The notes under the pieces were generated by a model, which did no database searches, had not been told where the DNA came from, and worked only from the letters and a program-made list of their open reading frames with translations. Made by a program: the position numbers and the translations under genes. DNA of 63,274 nucleotides, counting the filler. It is 5 parts of 5 records of this genome, joined end to end, with 100 filler letters (N's around TTAATTAATTAA, not from the genome) between each part and the next. Parts side by side here need not be neighbours in the genome. Positions count along the whole stretch, not along the records: positions 1 to 11,172 come from SRR20825010_1691; positions 11,273 to 20,546 come from SRR20825010_1695; positions 20,647 to 27,805 come from SRR20825010_1698; 2 more parts are not named here. One strand, 5' to 3'. Below, piece by piece: positions 10,936-21,172 of the stretch; within the stretch, counting starts at the first letter, position 1, and each line of letters starts with the position of its first letter.

Positions 10936-11172
10936 TTGTTTGGGTTAAAGCCTCTCGCCGGCGCCTGTGAACGGCGCCGGCTCTTCAGTCCAATCAGTAT
11001 CAGCGGCACGACGATCATGGTGCTGCCAGCCAGGAACCAGAGGTCCGGCACTTCGGAGAACCAGACCCAGCCAATGCCGACTGCCCAGATCAGGCCGGTG
11101 TATTCGGCGCTGGTCACCTGGTTGGCATCCACCTGCTGGTAAGCCAGCAAAACGGTGATGTTGTAGCCCAGA
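10908..11172 (-). CDS. DMT/EamA family transporter, C-terminal fragment (truncated by contig end)
   Basis: Frame stays open to the linker: LGYNITVLLAYQQVDANQVTSAEYTGLIWAVGIGWVWFSEVPD, typical of an EamA C-terminus. Confidence 0.8.
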
Positions 11173-11272
11173 NNNNNNNNNNNNNNNNNNNNNNNNNNNN
11201 NNNNNNNNNNNNNNNNTTAATTAATTAANNNNNNNNNNNNNNNNNNNNNNNNNNNNNNNNNNNNNNNNNNNN
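11173..11272. other. Artificial contig linker
   Basis: N44-TTAATTAATTAA-N44 (stop codons in all six frames). Confidence 0.98.
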
Positions 11273-11975
11273 TCGGTCGCACGCTGGCCATGTTCAGCAC
11301 GCGTGCGGCAATGCCGCGCTCCTGAAGAATGGCGGCGGCAAGCAGGACGCGGTGGGTCAGGACGCCATTGGCGATGATGGTCAGCGCATCGCCATCGCGC
11401 AGCATGTCGGCCTTGCCGAGCGTGAACCGATGGCCTTCCGGGAGCAGATCCGGCACGCCGACGCGGCTCAGCCGCAGGAAGCAGCCGCCCTGGTGGGCCG
11501 CGGCCCAGCGTATGGCGGCGGCGGTCTCGATCCGGTCCGCAGGCGCGATCACCGGCACGTTCGGCAACGCCCGGATCCAGGCGAAATCCTCGATCGAATG
11601 ATGGGTCGGGCCGAGTTCGCCATAGGCCATGCCCGAGGAGATGCCCACCAGTTTCACATTGGCTTCGGAATAGGCGACGTCGGCCTTGATCTGCTCCAGC
11701 GCGCGTCCGGTCAGGAACGGTGCTGCGGCGCATACGAACGGGATCTTGCCGCCATTGGCAAGGCCGGCGCCGACGCCGACCATGTTCTGCTCGGCAATGC
11801 CGACATTGATCAGCCGCTCGGGAAACCTTTCGCCGAAGCCGCCAAGCTTGGACGAGCCGACGGAATCGTTGCACACCGCGACGATATTGTTGTCGAGCGC
11901 GGCGAGTTCCTCCAGCGCCTCGGTAAAGGCATTGCGGCAATCATGCAGTTTCGCGGTTTCGAAAGAGATATTCAT
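11273..11975 (-). CDS. Transketolase, pyrimidine-binding/C-terminal subunit (3' truncated)
   Basis: NVGIAEQNMVGVGAGLA and GPTHHSIED; overlaps the stop of the upstream subunit gene. Confidence 0.92.
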
Positions 11976-12793
11976 CGAATGGCCTCCTCAAGTTCGGCCA
12001 TGGCCTGCCGGTATTGTTCCTCGCTGGGCACCTTGTGGTGCCAGGCGACATTGTCGGACATGAACGAAATGCCCTGGCCCTTGTTGGTGTGCGCAACGAT
12101 GCATTTCGGCCTGCCCGCGGTGACGGTTTGCGGCGACAGCGCCTTGCAGATCGCCTCCATGTCGTGGCCGTCGATTTCCTCCACCGCCCAGCCGAAGGCG
12201 CTGAGTTTCGGCGCAAACGGGGCGATATCGTTGGTGTCGGCAAGCCGCGCGCCCTGCTGCAGGCGGTTGTGGTCGATAACCAGCGTGAGGTTGTCGAGGC
12301 CGAAATGGGCTGCGGCCATGATCGCCTCCCAGTTCGACCCTTCCTGCATCTCGCCGTCGCCAGTGATCACGAAGGTGCGCCAGGATGCGCGGTCGAGCTT
12401 GGCAGCCTTGGCCATGCCGACAGCCACCGGCAGACCGTGGCCGAGCGGACCGGTGTTGGTTTCGACGCCTGGAACCTTGACGCGGTTGGGATGGCCGTTG
12501 AGGCGGGAGCGATGCTTGAGGAAGGTCGCGATCTCATCCCTGTCGATGAAGCCCTTCTCGCTGAGCACGATATAGAGCGCCAGCGCCGTATGGCCCTTCG
12601 ACAGCACCAGCCGGTCGCGCGCGGGATCGAGGGGGGCTGCCGGGTCGACGGACATGACGTGGAAATAGAGCGCGGTCAGCAGATCGGTGACCGACATTTC
12701 TCCGCCGATATGACCGGCCCCCGCCTCGTAGACGGCCTTGAGATCGCGGCGTCGGATGCGATTGGCGATAACGCGCAGTTCCTGGGGGTTCAT
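11972..12793 (-). CDS. Transketolase, N-terminal TPP-binding subunit
   Basis: GHIGG, LSKGH, TGPLGHGL and TPP motif GDGEMQEGSNWEA...DHN. Confidence 0.93.
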   Translation of the reverse strand: MNPQELRVIANRIRRRDLKAVYEAGAGHIGGEMSVTDLLTALYFHVMSVDPAAPLDPARDRLVLSKGHTALALYIVLSEKGFIDRDEIATFLKHRSRLNGHPNRVKVPGVETNTGPLGHGLPVAVGMAKAAKLDRASWRTFVITGDGEMQEGSNWEAIMAAAHFGLDNLTLVIDHNRLQQGARLADTNDIAPFAPKLSAFGWAVEEIDGHDMEAICKALSPQTVTAGRPKCIVAHTNKGQGISFMSDNVAWHHKVPSEEQYRQAMAELEEAIR

Positions 12794-12803
12794 GAGTCAC
12801 CTA

Positions 12804-13010
12804 TGAATAATTATTCTATAAGAAGTAAACATGCGATTAGGGCTTTTGTCAAGGTGAACAAATTGCTTCCAGGTCATATCCGGACGACATGCCTGCACTA
12901 TATGGCTAGAGTGCGGGCCCTCAAAGTCGCGCTTTGCTGCATGGCGGCTGCTTGACAGGCTCGCGCCCATCGTCTATGGATTTTCCATCAGGTGTGAATA
13001 CATATGCGCA
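12804..13010. promoter_or_regulatory. Divergent promoters with a repeated operator-like palindrome
   Basis: GAATAA-TTATTC (12805-12816) and related TGTGAATA-CA-TATGCGCA (12993-13010), each just before a start codon; TTGACA on the minus (12852-12847) and plus (12952-12957) strands. Confidence 0.55.
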
Positions 13011-13024
13011 TGGAGGAGGAAAAC

Positions 13025-14005
13025 ATGGCAATTACACAGGAGTCCCCTGCGCAAAAGCCGCGCCTGTCGGAAATCGTATCGCTGTCCGGCGCCACGGGGC
13101 CACTGATCGGCCTCGTGCTGCTGTGCATCTTTCTGACGCTGGCGACCGATTCCTTTCTGTCCTTCCGCAATTTCCTGAACATTCTCGACCAGATCACCGT
13201 GCTCGGCATCATGGCCGTGGGCATGACCTTCGTCATTCTGATCGGCGGCATCGATCTGTCGGTCGGTTCGGTGCTGGCGCTTGCGATGATGGTGCTCGGC
13301 TACCTCAACGTCGAGGCCGGGATGCCGATGGCGGTTGCGATCGGGGGTGCGCTTGTCGCGTCTGCGATCTGCGGCATCGTCTCGGGGCTGATGATCACCG
13401 AGTTCAGGGTGCCGGCCTTCATTGCCACGCTTGCGATGATGTCGGTCGCGCGCGGACTTGCCAACATGGTCACCAACGGCTCGCAGATCATCGGCTTCGC
13501 GCCGTGGTTCAACATGAGCGCGATCATCCGTTACGGCGGCTTCCTGACGATGACCGTCGCCGTGATGCTTGTTGTTTTCGTGGTTGCGATCCTGTTCCTG
13601 CGCTATCGCGAGGGCGGGCGGATGCTCTATGCGATCGGCGGCAGCCAGGAGGTCGCGCGGCTTGCCGGCATCAATGTCCGCCGCACGACGGTGCTGGTCT
13701 ATATGAGCTGCGCATCGCTGGCGGGTCTGGCCGGCGTGCTGCTGGCCGCCCGTCTGGACTCCGTCCAGCCAAGCTCCGGCGTTTCCTATGAACTCGATGC
13801 GATCGCGGCGGTGGTGATCGGCGGAACCAGCCTTTCGGGCGGATCGGGCGGCGTCGTCGGCACGATCATCGGCGTCCTGATCATCGGCGTTCTGCGCAAC
13901 GGTCTCAATCTTCTGTCCGTATCCCCGTTTCTGCAGGCCGTCATCATCGGCGCGGTCATCGTGCTCGCGGTCGCGGCCGAGACCTTCAAGCACAGGGGAA
14001 ACTGA
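13025..14005 (+). CDS. Sugar ABC transporter permease (RbsC-like)
   Basis: GMTFVILIGGIDLSVGS and YELDAIAAVVIGGTSLSGG; GGAGGAGG RBS before ATG 13025. Confidence 0.95.
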   Translation: MAITQESPAQKPRLSEIVSLSGATGPLIGLVLLCIFLTLATDSFLSFRNFLNILDQITVLGIMAVGMTFVILIGGIDLSVGSVLALAMMVLGYLNVEAGMPMAVAIGGALVASAICGIVSGLMITEFRVPAFIATLAMMSVARGLANMVTNGSQIIGFAPWFNMSAIIRYGGFLTMTVAVMLVVFVVAILFLRYREGGRMLYAIGGSQEVARLAGINVRRTTVLVYMSCASLAGLAGVLLAARLDSVQPSSGVSYELDAIAAVVIGGTSLSGGSGGVVGTIIGVLIIGVLRNGLNLLSVSPFLQAVIIGAVIVLAVAAETFKHRGN

Positions 14006-14102
14006 GCATTCGGCCGGGTCTGCGGCCAAACACTGAGCCCGCGCAACCGGGCTTCAACCGGGTCCGGAACATCGAGACCCGAAACACCAGGAGGAGAATA
14101 TC

Positions 14103-15038
14103 ATGAAAGCCTATCAGAAAGTAATGGCGGTTGCGCTTGCATCCGTCGCTATCGCCGGTCCGTCTCTGGCCGACGAGGTGAAGAAGATCGGACTTGCGGT
14201 CCCGAACCTGCAGGCGGACTTCTTCAACCAGATCAAGCTCGGCGTTGAAGGCTATGGCGCCGAAAAGGGCATCGAGGTTATCGTCGTCGACGCCAAGAAC
14301 GACACGGCAACCCAGGTCAGCCAGGTGCAGGACCTCATGACCCAGGGCATCGATGCGTTCATCTACATTCCCGCCGGTGCGGCCGCTGCCGCCGTGCCGA
14401 CCCGTCTCGCCCGCGCCGAGGGCATTCCGGTCATCAATGTCGACCGCACGCCCGAAGGCGCGCCGGGCGATACCTTCATCGCCGGCGAAAGCATCGAATC
14501 CGCCTATCAGGTCTGCGCGCACATCATCGGCCTTGCCGGCGGCGAGGGCAAGATGGCGATGATCCACGGCCAGAAGGGCACGACCCCCGAGGTCGATCGC
14601 ACCAAGGGCTGCATGCGCGCGATCGAGGAAAACCCGGGCGTCGAACTGGTCACCGAGCAGTGGAGCCAGATGTGGTCGCCGGACGAGGGCTTCTCGATCG
14701 CCCAGAACATGCTGCAGGCCCATCCCGATATCAATCTCATCTTCGGTCAGGCCGATGGTCTCGCCATGGGCGCCGCCAAGGCGGTCGATGTTGCCGGTCT
14801 CGACGATCAGGTGATCATCGGCGGCTATGACGGCGATGTCGCGGCACTGGAATATCTGGCCAAATGCGACGGTCCGTTTGTGGTGACCGCGACCCAGAGC
14901 ACCCAGTTGATGGGCCGGCTTGCCGTCGATTCCGCGATCAAGGTTGCGGCTGGCGAGAGCGTTCCCGAACGCCAGACCCCGAATGCGGTGCTGACGACCT
15001 GCGAAACCGCTCCGGAATATGTCAAGAAGCATCCCTGA
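14103..15038 (+). CDS. Sugar ABC transporter substrate-binding protein (RbsB-like)
   Basis: Signal peptide; periplasmic-binding-protein type 1 motifs GIPVINVDR, DGLAMGA and GYDG. Confidence 0.92.
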   Translation: MKAYQKVMAVALASVAIAGPSLADEVKKIGLAVPNLQADFFNQIKLGVEGYGAEKGIEVIVVDAKNDTATQVSQVQDLMTQGIDAFIYIPAGAAAAAVPTRLARAEGIPVINVDRTPEGAPGDTFIAGESIESAYQVCAHIIGLAGGEGKMAMIHGQKGTTPEVDRTKGCMRAIEENPGVELVTEQWSQMWSPDEGFSIAQNMLQAHPDINLIFGQADGLAMGAAKAVDVAGLDDQVIIGGYDGDVAALEYLAKCDGPFVVTATQSTQLMGRLAVDSAIKVAAGESVPERQTPNAVLTTCETAPEYVKKHP

Positions 15039-15076
15039 TCCATCAGGGTGATGCGACTTCGAGAAAGGGCGGCGCC

Positions 15077-16570
15077 ATGACCGAAACCGGCAAGTCTCCA
15101 ATCCTGTCCCTCAGGGGCATTCGCAAGTCCTACGGACCTGTCGAGGTGCTGCACGGGATCGATCTGGATATCCATGCCGGCGAGGTGGTGGCGCTGCTCG
15201 GCGAGAACGGGGCCGGCAAGTCCACCGTTTCGAACGTCATTTCCGGAACGGTGATGCCGACCTCCGGGACGATGACCTGGCAGGGCGCACCCTACGCGCC
15301 CGCCAACCCGCGCGAGGCGATCGACGCCGGCGTCGGCATGATCCATCAGGAACTGCTGCTGCTGCCGCATCTGACGATTGCAGAGAATATCTTCGTCGGC
15401 CGCTATCCGATGAGAAACGGCCGGCTCGATCGCGCCGAGATGAACCGGCGCGCCCATCATGGCCTCGAGCGGCTCGGCCTCGACATATCGCCGCGCCGCA
15501 AGGTCGAGAACCTGTCGACGGCAAGCCAGCAGTTGATCGAGATCGCCAAGGCCCTGACGCTGAATGCGAAACTCCTCATCCTCGACGAGCCGACGGCCGC
15601 GCTCGGTGGCGAGGAAACCCGGTTGCTGTTCAAGCAGATCGAGCGACTGAAGGCCGAGGGCGTCGGCATCATCTACATTTCCCACCGGCTTGAGGAGATC
15701 AGGAAGATCGCCGACCGGATCGTGGTGATGCGCGATGGAGACAAGGTTCAGGAATTCGACACCGCCGATCTTCCCGTGCGCACCATTGTCGAGGCGATGG
15801 TCGGGCGCAGCATGGAGCAGATGTTTCCGCCGCTGCACATGCCGAGCGAGGAAACCGTGCTGGAGGTCAGCGGGCTTTGCGCGCCGAGCGGGCGGTTCAA
15901 TGATGTCAGCTTCTCCGTGCGCCGGGGCGAGATTTTCGGAATAGCCGGCCTCGTTGGCGCGGGCCGCACCGAACTGGTGCGCGCGATCGCCGGCGCCGAT
16001 CCGATCGCGTCCGGCACGATCACGCTCAACGGCGAGGATATCACTCCCGGTTCGCCGGCCGAGGCGATTGCCAACGGCATCGTTCTCGTGCCCGAGGATC
16101 GCAAGCTGCAGGGCGTGATCCTCGATCATACGATCGCCGAGAACATCGCCTATTCGAATTTCGAGACGGTCAGCCGCGGCGGCTGGCTCAGCAAGGGCCG
16201 GGTCCGCGCGTTTGCCGATGACAATATCGCCAAGTTCGGGGTCAAGGGCAAAGGTCACCAGAAGGCCGGCGAGATGTCGGGCGGCAACCAGCAGAAAGTG
16301 GTGATCGCCAAATGGCTCGCCCGCAATCCGCGCGTTGTGCTTCTGGACGAGCCGACCCGGGGCATTGATGTCGGGGCGCGCTCCTCGATCTATGAAATCA
16401 TTCACGGCCTGGCCGAAAACGGCGTTGCCGTGATCGTGGTCAGCTCCGATCTCGAGGAGGTGCTCGGCGTTTCGAACCGCATCCTCGTCATGGCGGCCGG
16501 CCGGCAGACGGGTATTCTGGACCAAAGCGAGGCAAACGATGTCTCGGTGATGGAACTGGCCACCGCCTGA
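15077..16570 (+). CDS. Sugar ABC transporter ATP-binding protein (RbsA-like, two NBDs)
   Basis: GENGAGKST, LILDEPTAAL, SGGNQQKV and DEPTRGIDVGA. Start at ATG 15077. Confidence 0.95.
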   Translation: MTETGKSPILSLRGIRKSYGPVEVLHGIDLDIHAGEVVALLGENGAGKSTVSNVISGTVMPTSGTMTWQGAPYAPANPREAIDAGVGMIHQELLLLPHLTIAENIFVGRYPMRNGRLDRAEMNRRAHHGLERLGLDISPRRKVENLSTASQQLIEIAKALTLNAKLLILDEPTAALGGEETRLLFKQIERLKAEGVGIIYISHRLEEIRKIADRIVVMRDGDKVQEFDTADLPVRTIVEAMVGRSMEQMFPPLHMPSEETVLEVSGLCAPSGRFNDVSFSVRRGEIFGIAGLVGAGRTELVRAIAGADPIASGTITLNGEDITPGSPAEAIANGIVLVPEDRKLQGVILDHTIAENIAYSNFETVSRGGWLSKGRVRAFADDNIAKFGVKGKGHQKAGEMSGGNQQKVVIAKWLARNPRVVLLDEPTRGIDVGARSSIYEIIHGLAENGVAVIVVSSDLEEVLGVSNRILVMAAGRQTGILDQSEANDVSVMELATA

Positions 16571-16589
16571 CACATAAAGGGAGACCACC

Positions 16590-17372
16590 ATGAACAGGTT
16601 CAAGGGCAAGACCGTCATCGTCACCGGCGGCAACAAGGGGATTGGGCTCGCCATCGCCACCCGCTTCGCCGCCGAGGGCGCCAATATCGTCATCGCCTCC
16701 GTCGAGGCCGAGGTCGAGGCCGCGGCCAAAACGCTGTCCGAAACCGGCGCGAAGGCTATCGGCGTGGTCTGCGACGTGACCGACCCCGACGCCGTCGCGG
16801 CGCTTTACGATCGCGCTGCAGCGGAGTTCGGCGGCGTCGATATCTCGGTGCAGAATGCCGGCATCATCACCATCGCGAAGGTCGAGGATCTGACGGTTGC
16901 CGAATGGGATGCGACGATGGCGGTCAACACCAAGGGCGCGTTCCTGTGCTGCCAGCAGGCGATCCGCCACATGCGGGCCTCGGGCAAGGGCGGGCGGCTG
17001 ATCAACATCGCCTCCGGTCAGGCGCGCGACGGGTTTATCTACACCCCCCATTACGCGGCTTCGAAATTCGGCGTCATGGGCATGACCCAGAGCCTCGCCA
17101 AGGAAGTGGCGCTCGACAACATCACCGTCAACGCCATCTGCCCCGGGATCATCAGGACCGATATGTGGGACTATAACGACCGCGTCTGGGGCAGGATGCT
17201 CGGCGATTTCAAGCCCGGCGAACTGATGGCGAGCTGGGTCGAGAACATTCCGATGAAACGGGCGGGTGAGGGCAAGGATGTCGCCGGCCTGATCGCCTTT
17301 CTCGCGAGCGAGGATGCCGATTACATCACCGGCCAGACCATCAATGTCGATGGTGGGCTGATCATGTCGTGA
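16590..17372 (+). CDS. SDR family oxidoreductase (polyol/sugar dehydrogenase-like)
   Basis: TGGNKGIG, NAG, YAASK and ITGQTINVDGG. Confidence 0.92.
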   Translation: MNRFKGKTVIVTGGNKGIGLAIATRFAAEGANIVIASVEAEVEAAAKTLSETGAKAIGVVCDVTDPDAVAALYDRAAAEFGGVDISVQNAGIITIAKVEDLTVAEWDATMAVNTKGAFLCCQQAIRHMRASGKGGRLINIASGQARDGFIYTPHYAASKFGVMGMTQSLAKEVALDNITVNAICPGIIRTDMWDYNDRVWGRMLGDFKPGELMASWVENIPMKRAGEGKDVAGLIAFLASEDADYITGQTINVDGGLIMS

Positions 17373-17419
17373 CGAAGGTCTGTCAACGATGATGACCGCA
17401 TAGCAGAAAGGCACGGACA

Positions 17420-18220
17420 ATGAACGAGAATGCCGAAATCAGACTGAACGCGCCTGCGCTGTTCGATCTTTCAGGCCGGGTCGCGCTCGTCACCGGGGCG
17501 GGCAGCGGTATCGGCCAGCGCATTGCCATGGGGCTCGCCCAATGCGGCGCCGATGTCGCGCTCGTCGACCGGCGCACCGATGACGGGCTCGCTAAAACGG
17601 CCGCCTTCATCGCGAAGACGGGCCGTCGGTCGTTGCAGATAGCGGCCGATGTGACCTCGGCAGAGGCGCTTGAAGATGCCGTTGCGAAAACCGAATCCGA
17701 ACTCGGGCCGCTGCGTCTCGCGCTGAACGCGGCCGGCATCGCCAATGCCGCTCCATGCGAGGACATGTCCGAGGATCAGTACCAGACCCTGATGGATATC
17801 AACATGAAGGGCGTGTGGCTCTCCTGCAAGGCGGAGGCGCGGGCGATGCTGGCCCATGGCAAGGGCGGCGCGATCGTCAATATCGCCTCGATGTCCGGCG
17901 TGATCGTCAATCGCGGGCTCTCCCAGGCGCATTACAACGCCTCCAAGGCCGGCGTGATCCACATGTCGAAGTCGATGGCGATGGAATGGGTGGATCGCGG
18001 CATTCGCGTCAATTCGATCAGCCCCGGCTATACCGCGACGCCGATGAATACCAGGCCCGAAATGGTGCACCAGACCAGGGAATTCGAAAGCCAGACGCCG
18101 ATGCAGCGTATGGCAAGCGTCGATGAGATGGTCGGCCCGGCAGTATTCCTGCTGTCCGATGCCGCCTCATATTGCACCGGCGTCGATCTCCTCGTCGACG
18201 GCGGGTTCTGCTGCTGGTAG
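17420..18220 (+). CDS. SDR family oxidoreductase (polyol dehydrogenase / ketose reductase-like)
   Basis: TGAGSGIG, ASMSG, YNASK and NSISPGY. Confidence 0.92.
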   Translation: MNENAEIRLNAPALFDLSGRVALVTGAGSGIGQRIAMGLAQCGADVALVDRRTDDGLAKTAAFIAKTGRRSLQIAADVTSAEALEDAVAKTESELGPLRLALNAAGIANAAPCEDMSEDQYQTLMDINMKGVWLSCKAEARAMLAHGKGGAIVNIASMSGVIVNRGLSQAHYNASKAGVIHMSKSMAMEWVDRGIRVNSISPGYTATPMNTRPEMVHQTREFESQTPMQRMASVDEMVGPAVFLLSDAASYCTGVDLLVDGGFCCW

Positions 18221-18235
18221 CACCGCTGGCACCCG

Positions 18236-20473
18236 TCAATCGACGTCGAGCGTCTCGGGCACGAGTTCGCGATCCTCGCCGAGTTCGAAGACGATCCGGT
18301 TCAGCCGGCCGGGAAAGGGCGATGGCCCCGACAGCCTGTCGCTGAGCGGCGGCTGGGTCGCCAGACCGACCGAAAGCGGCGACAGTGAGGTGCGCAGCAA
18401 TACGGCCTCGATTGCGCCTTGCGCCGCGACGTCATCGTCGACAACGAGCCGCGCCTCGCCTTTCAGCGAGCCGGTCTTGTCGAATTCGAAGCGGAGCGTG
18501 TGGTCGCCCGGCGCAAGCGGCGTTTCGGCCACAAGCTCGGTGATCCTGCCGCAATAATTATAAACATAGGCGGGCCGGCCACCGGTGAGGATCAGGCCGT
18601 AGCCGCCATAGCTGTTGCCGGCGGTCAGGATCGCGCCATCCGGACAGGTTTCGTCATAGGTCAGCTCGATCGTGATCGTGTGAGAGACATCCTGCGTAAG
18701 CGGCGCTGCTTCTGCCGGAATGGCATCGATCGGCGGATAGTAGACGAAGCGGTTGCGGGCGCGCACCGAGCCGGGCTTGGGGTCCGGCTTGAACAAATTG
18801 TCGCTGTCGTCGAGCGGCAGCACGTCGTATTTGCCGGCCTCCGCCCACCAACGCTCCTTCATTTCCTGCAGCTTCGCGGGTTCGCTTTCGGCGAGATCGT
18901 GGAGCTCGGAGAAATCCTCGTCGAGGTGGTAGAGTTCCCAGTGTTCGCTGTCGAAGGAACTGCCGGCCTCGTGTTTCGTCACCGCCTTCCAGCCCTCGTG
19001 CCAGATGCTGCGGTGGCCGTACATCTCGAAATACTGGGTCTTTTTCCGGGTCGGCGCTTCGGCCTCGTCGAAGCTGTAGGCGATACTGGTGCCGTGGATC
19101 GGCATTTGCGGAATGCCGTTCACGCTCTCAGGCGCGGTCAGGCCGCACAGTTCCAGCACCGTGGGGGTAATGTCGGTAACATGGTGGAACTGGTGGCGGA
19201 TGCCGCCGCTGTCGGCAATTTTCTTCGGCCAGGAAATGATCAGCGGATCGCGCACGCCGCCGCCATGGGTGAAGGATTTATAGAGTTTCAGCGGCGTGTT
19301 GGAGGCTTGCGCCCAGCCCCAGGGATAGTTCGAATAGCTTTTCGGCCCGCCGATCTCGTCATAGGCGGCAAGGTTTTCCGCCGTCGAATCCGGCAGGTGA
19401 TTGAACCAGCGCAGCACGTTCGCGGTGCCTTCCGGCCCGCAATCGATCGAGGCGCCGTTGTCGGAAATCAGGACAATCAGCGTGTTGTCGCGCCGCCCGA
19501 CCTTTTCGAGGAAGGCGAGCAGCCGGCCGAATTGCTGGTCGGTATAGTCGAGCAGCGCCGCATAAGCTTCCTGCAGCCGCGTGGCGGAGCGTTTCTCGTC
19601 ATCGCCGAGCGTTTCCCAGGGGGCGACGCCGGCGTTGGAGGGCGGCAGCGCGACATCGTTGCGCACGACGCCGAGCGCCTTCTGGCGGGCAAGCCGGCGT
19701 TCGCGCTCCTCGTCCCAGCCGTGGTCGAAACGGCCGCGATATTTCTCCATCACATCTTTCGGCGCGTGGTGCGGAAAATGTCCGGCGCCGAAGCACAGAT
19801 GCATGAAATAGGGCGTTTCCGGCCGGAGCGAGATCTTGTTCGACAGCATGCCGATGGCCTTGTCGACCAGATCCTCGGAAAGGTGATAACCCTCCTCCGG
19901 CGTTTTCGGCGGCATGGCGATGCGGTTGTCCTCGACCAGTTCCGGATAGAACTGGCTGGTGCCGCCGTTCATGAAGCCGTAGAAACGCTGGAACCCGCGC
20001 CCGAGCGGCCACTGGTCGAAGGGGCCGGCGGCATTGGCGTCCTCGGTCGGGGCCAGATGCCATTTGCCGACGGCGAAGGTCGAATAGCCGTGCGGTTTCA
20101 GCATCTCGGCAAGCGTCGCCGCTTTCGGGGTGATCGCGCCGCGCCCGCTTGGCCAGCCCATGTCGACATTGGCGAGATAGCGCATGCCGACTGAATGGTG
20201 GTTGCGGCCCGTCAGGAGCGAGGCGCGGGTCGGCGAGCACAGCGTGGTGGTGTGGAAATTGCTGTAGCGCAGTCCCTTTTCCGCCAGGCTGTCGAAGTTC
20301 GGCGTCTCGATCTCGGAGCCGAAGCAGCCGAGGTCGGAATAGCCGACGTCGTCGAGAACCACATAGATGATATCGGGCGCGCCATCGGGGGCGGGCGGGC
20401 GCGGCTCATACCACCGCGTCGATTCCTGATGGGTGCGGCCCAGATGTCCGCCTGTCGTCTGAGGCTTTGTCAT
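18236..20473 (-). CDS. Cys-type arylsulfatase (AtsA-like, no signal peptide)
   Basis: LDDVGYSDLG, formylglycine signature CSPTRASLLTGR, GKWHL, SDNG and HHVTDITPT. Confidence 0.93.
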   Translation of the reverse strand: MTKPQTTGGHLGRTHQESTRWYEPRPPAPDGAPDIIYVVLDDVGYSDLGCFGSEIETPNFDSLAEKGLRYSNFHTTTLCSPTRASLLTGRNHHSVGMRYLANVDMGWPSGRGAITPKAATLAEMLKPHGYSTFAVGKWHLAPTEDANAAGPFDQWPLGRGFQRFYGFMNGGTSQFYPELVEDNRIAMPPKTPEEGYHLSEDLVDKAIGMLSNKISLRPETPYFMHLCFGAGHFPHHAPKDVMEKYRGRFDHGWDEERERRLARQKALGVVRNDVALPPSNAGVAPWETLGDDEKRSATRLQEAYAALLDYTDQQFGRLLAFLEKVGRRDNTLIVLISDNGASIDCGPEGTANVLRWFNHLPDSTAENLAAYDEIGGPKSYSNYPWGWAQASNTPLKLYKSFTHGGGVRDPLIISWPKKIADSGGIRHQFHHVTDITPTVLELCGLTAPESVNGIPQMPIHGTSIAYSFDEAEAPTRKKTQYFEMYGHRSIWHEGWKAVTKHEAGSSFDSEHWELYHLDEDFSELHDLAESEPAKLQEMKERWWAEAGKYDVLPLDDSDNLFKPDPKPGSVRARNRFVYYPPIDAIPAEAAPLTQDVSHTITIELTYDETCPDGAILTAGNSYGGYGLILTGGRPAYVYNYCGRITELVAETPLAPGDHTLRFEFDKTGSLKGEARLVVDDDVAAQGAIEAVLLRTSLSPLSVGLATQPPLSDRLSGPSPFPGRLNRIVFELGEDRELVPETLDVD

Positions 20474-20546
20474 GTCTGTCTCAAATGGTCTTTTGTTTGG
20501 CGGGTCGGGGTGACGGAAAACCGGATTCCACTTTTTCGCCCGACGC

Positions 20547-20646
20547 NNNNNNNNNNNNNNNNNNNNNNNNNNNNNNNNNNNNNNNNNNNNTTAATTAATT
20601 AANNNNNNNNNNNNNNNNNNNNNNNNNNNNNNNNNNNNNNNNNNNN
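20547..20646. other. Artificial contig linker
   Basis: N44-TTAATTAATTAA-N44. Confidence 0.98.
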
Positions 20647-20728
20647 GCTCTCAACCAACGTGCTACGATGATTGGATCCGACGGGTGGGACTCACCGGTT
20701 GGTTTGCTTCTCTTTCAAAGGTTCCCTC

Positions 20729-21082
20729 ATGTTCGCCGGTGGTTTGGTCCTCGCCAGCACACTGATCTTTTTCGCTGTTTGGTTGCAGCGTTCCGAACAG
20801 GTCGGCTGGTCGCATGAAAGATTCGACGAAGAAATCGATCAGTCCTACATGCAACGCCGACGTCGCTCTCGCAAACGAGTGAACTTCTTGTTCTTGGTTT
20901 GTGGCATCTTGGTGTTGGTCGCGACCTTGGCCACTCCCAGAAACCATGCCGTGTGGCTGTGCTGTTGGATTTCGGTGATGTTGTCGCTGATGACCATTCT
21001 GATGCTAGCCGGACTGGATGCTTTGCGAACGATGCGGCACGTTCGCCATCGACTGGATCACCTGCGTCAAAAACGGTCGTGA
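20729..21082 (+). CDS. Small membrane hypothetical protein (about 3 TM)
   Basis: Three hydrophobic segments; likely start at ATG 20729. Confidence 0.65.
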   Translation: MFAGGLVLASTLIFFAVWLQRSEQVGWSHERFDEEIDQSYMQRRRRSRKRVNFLFLVCGILVLVATLATPRNHAVWLCCWISVMLSLMTILMLAGLDALRTMRHVRHRLDHLRQKRS

Positions 21083-21172
21083 GTTTTTACCGGAGGGCTC
21101 GCGCCCTACCGCTTCAAATGGACGTGTGAAACTTGTCTTCGGTGGGTTGTGTCTTGACATTGAGCCACGGCG

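Noticed and set aside
11352-20194. Long antisense ORFs (11352..12575, 14825..16729, 16488..17420, 18419..20194)
   Set aside because: They mirror clearly identifiable genes on the opposite strand.
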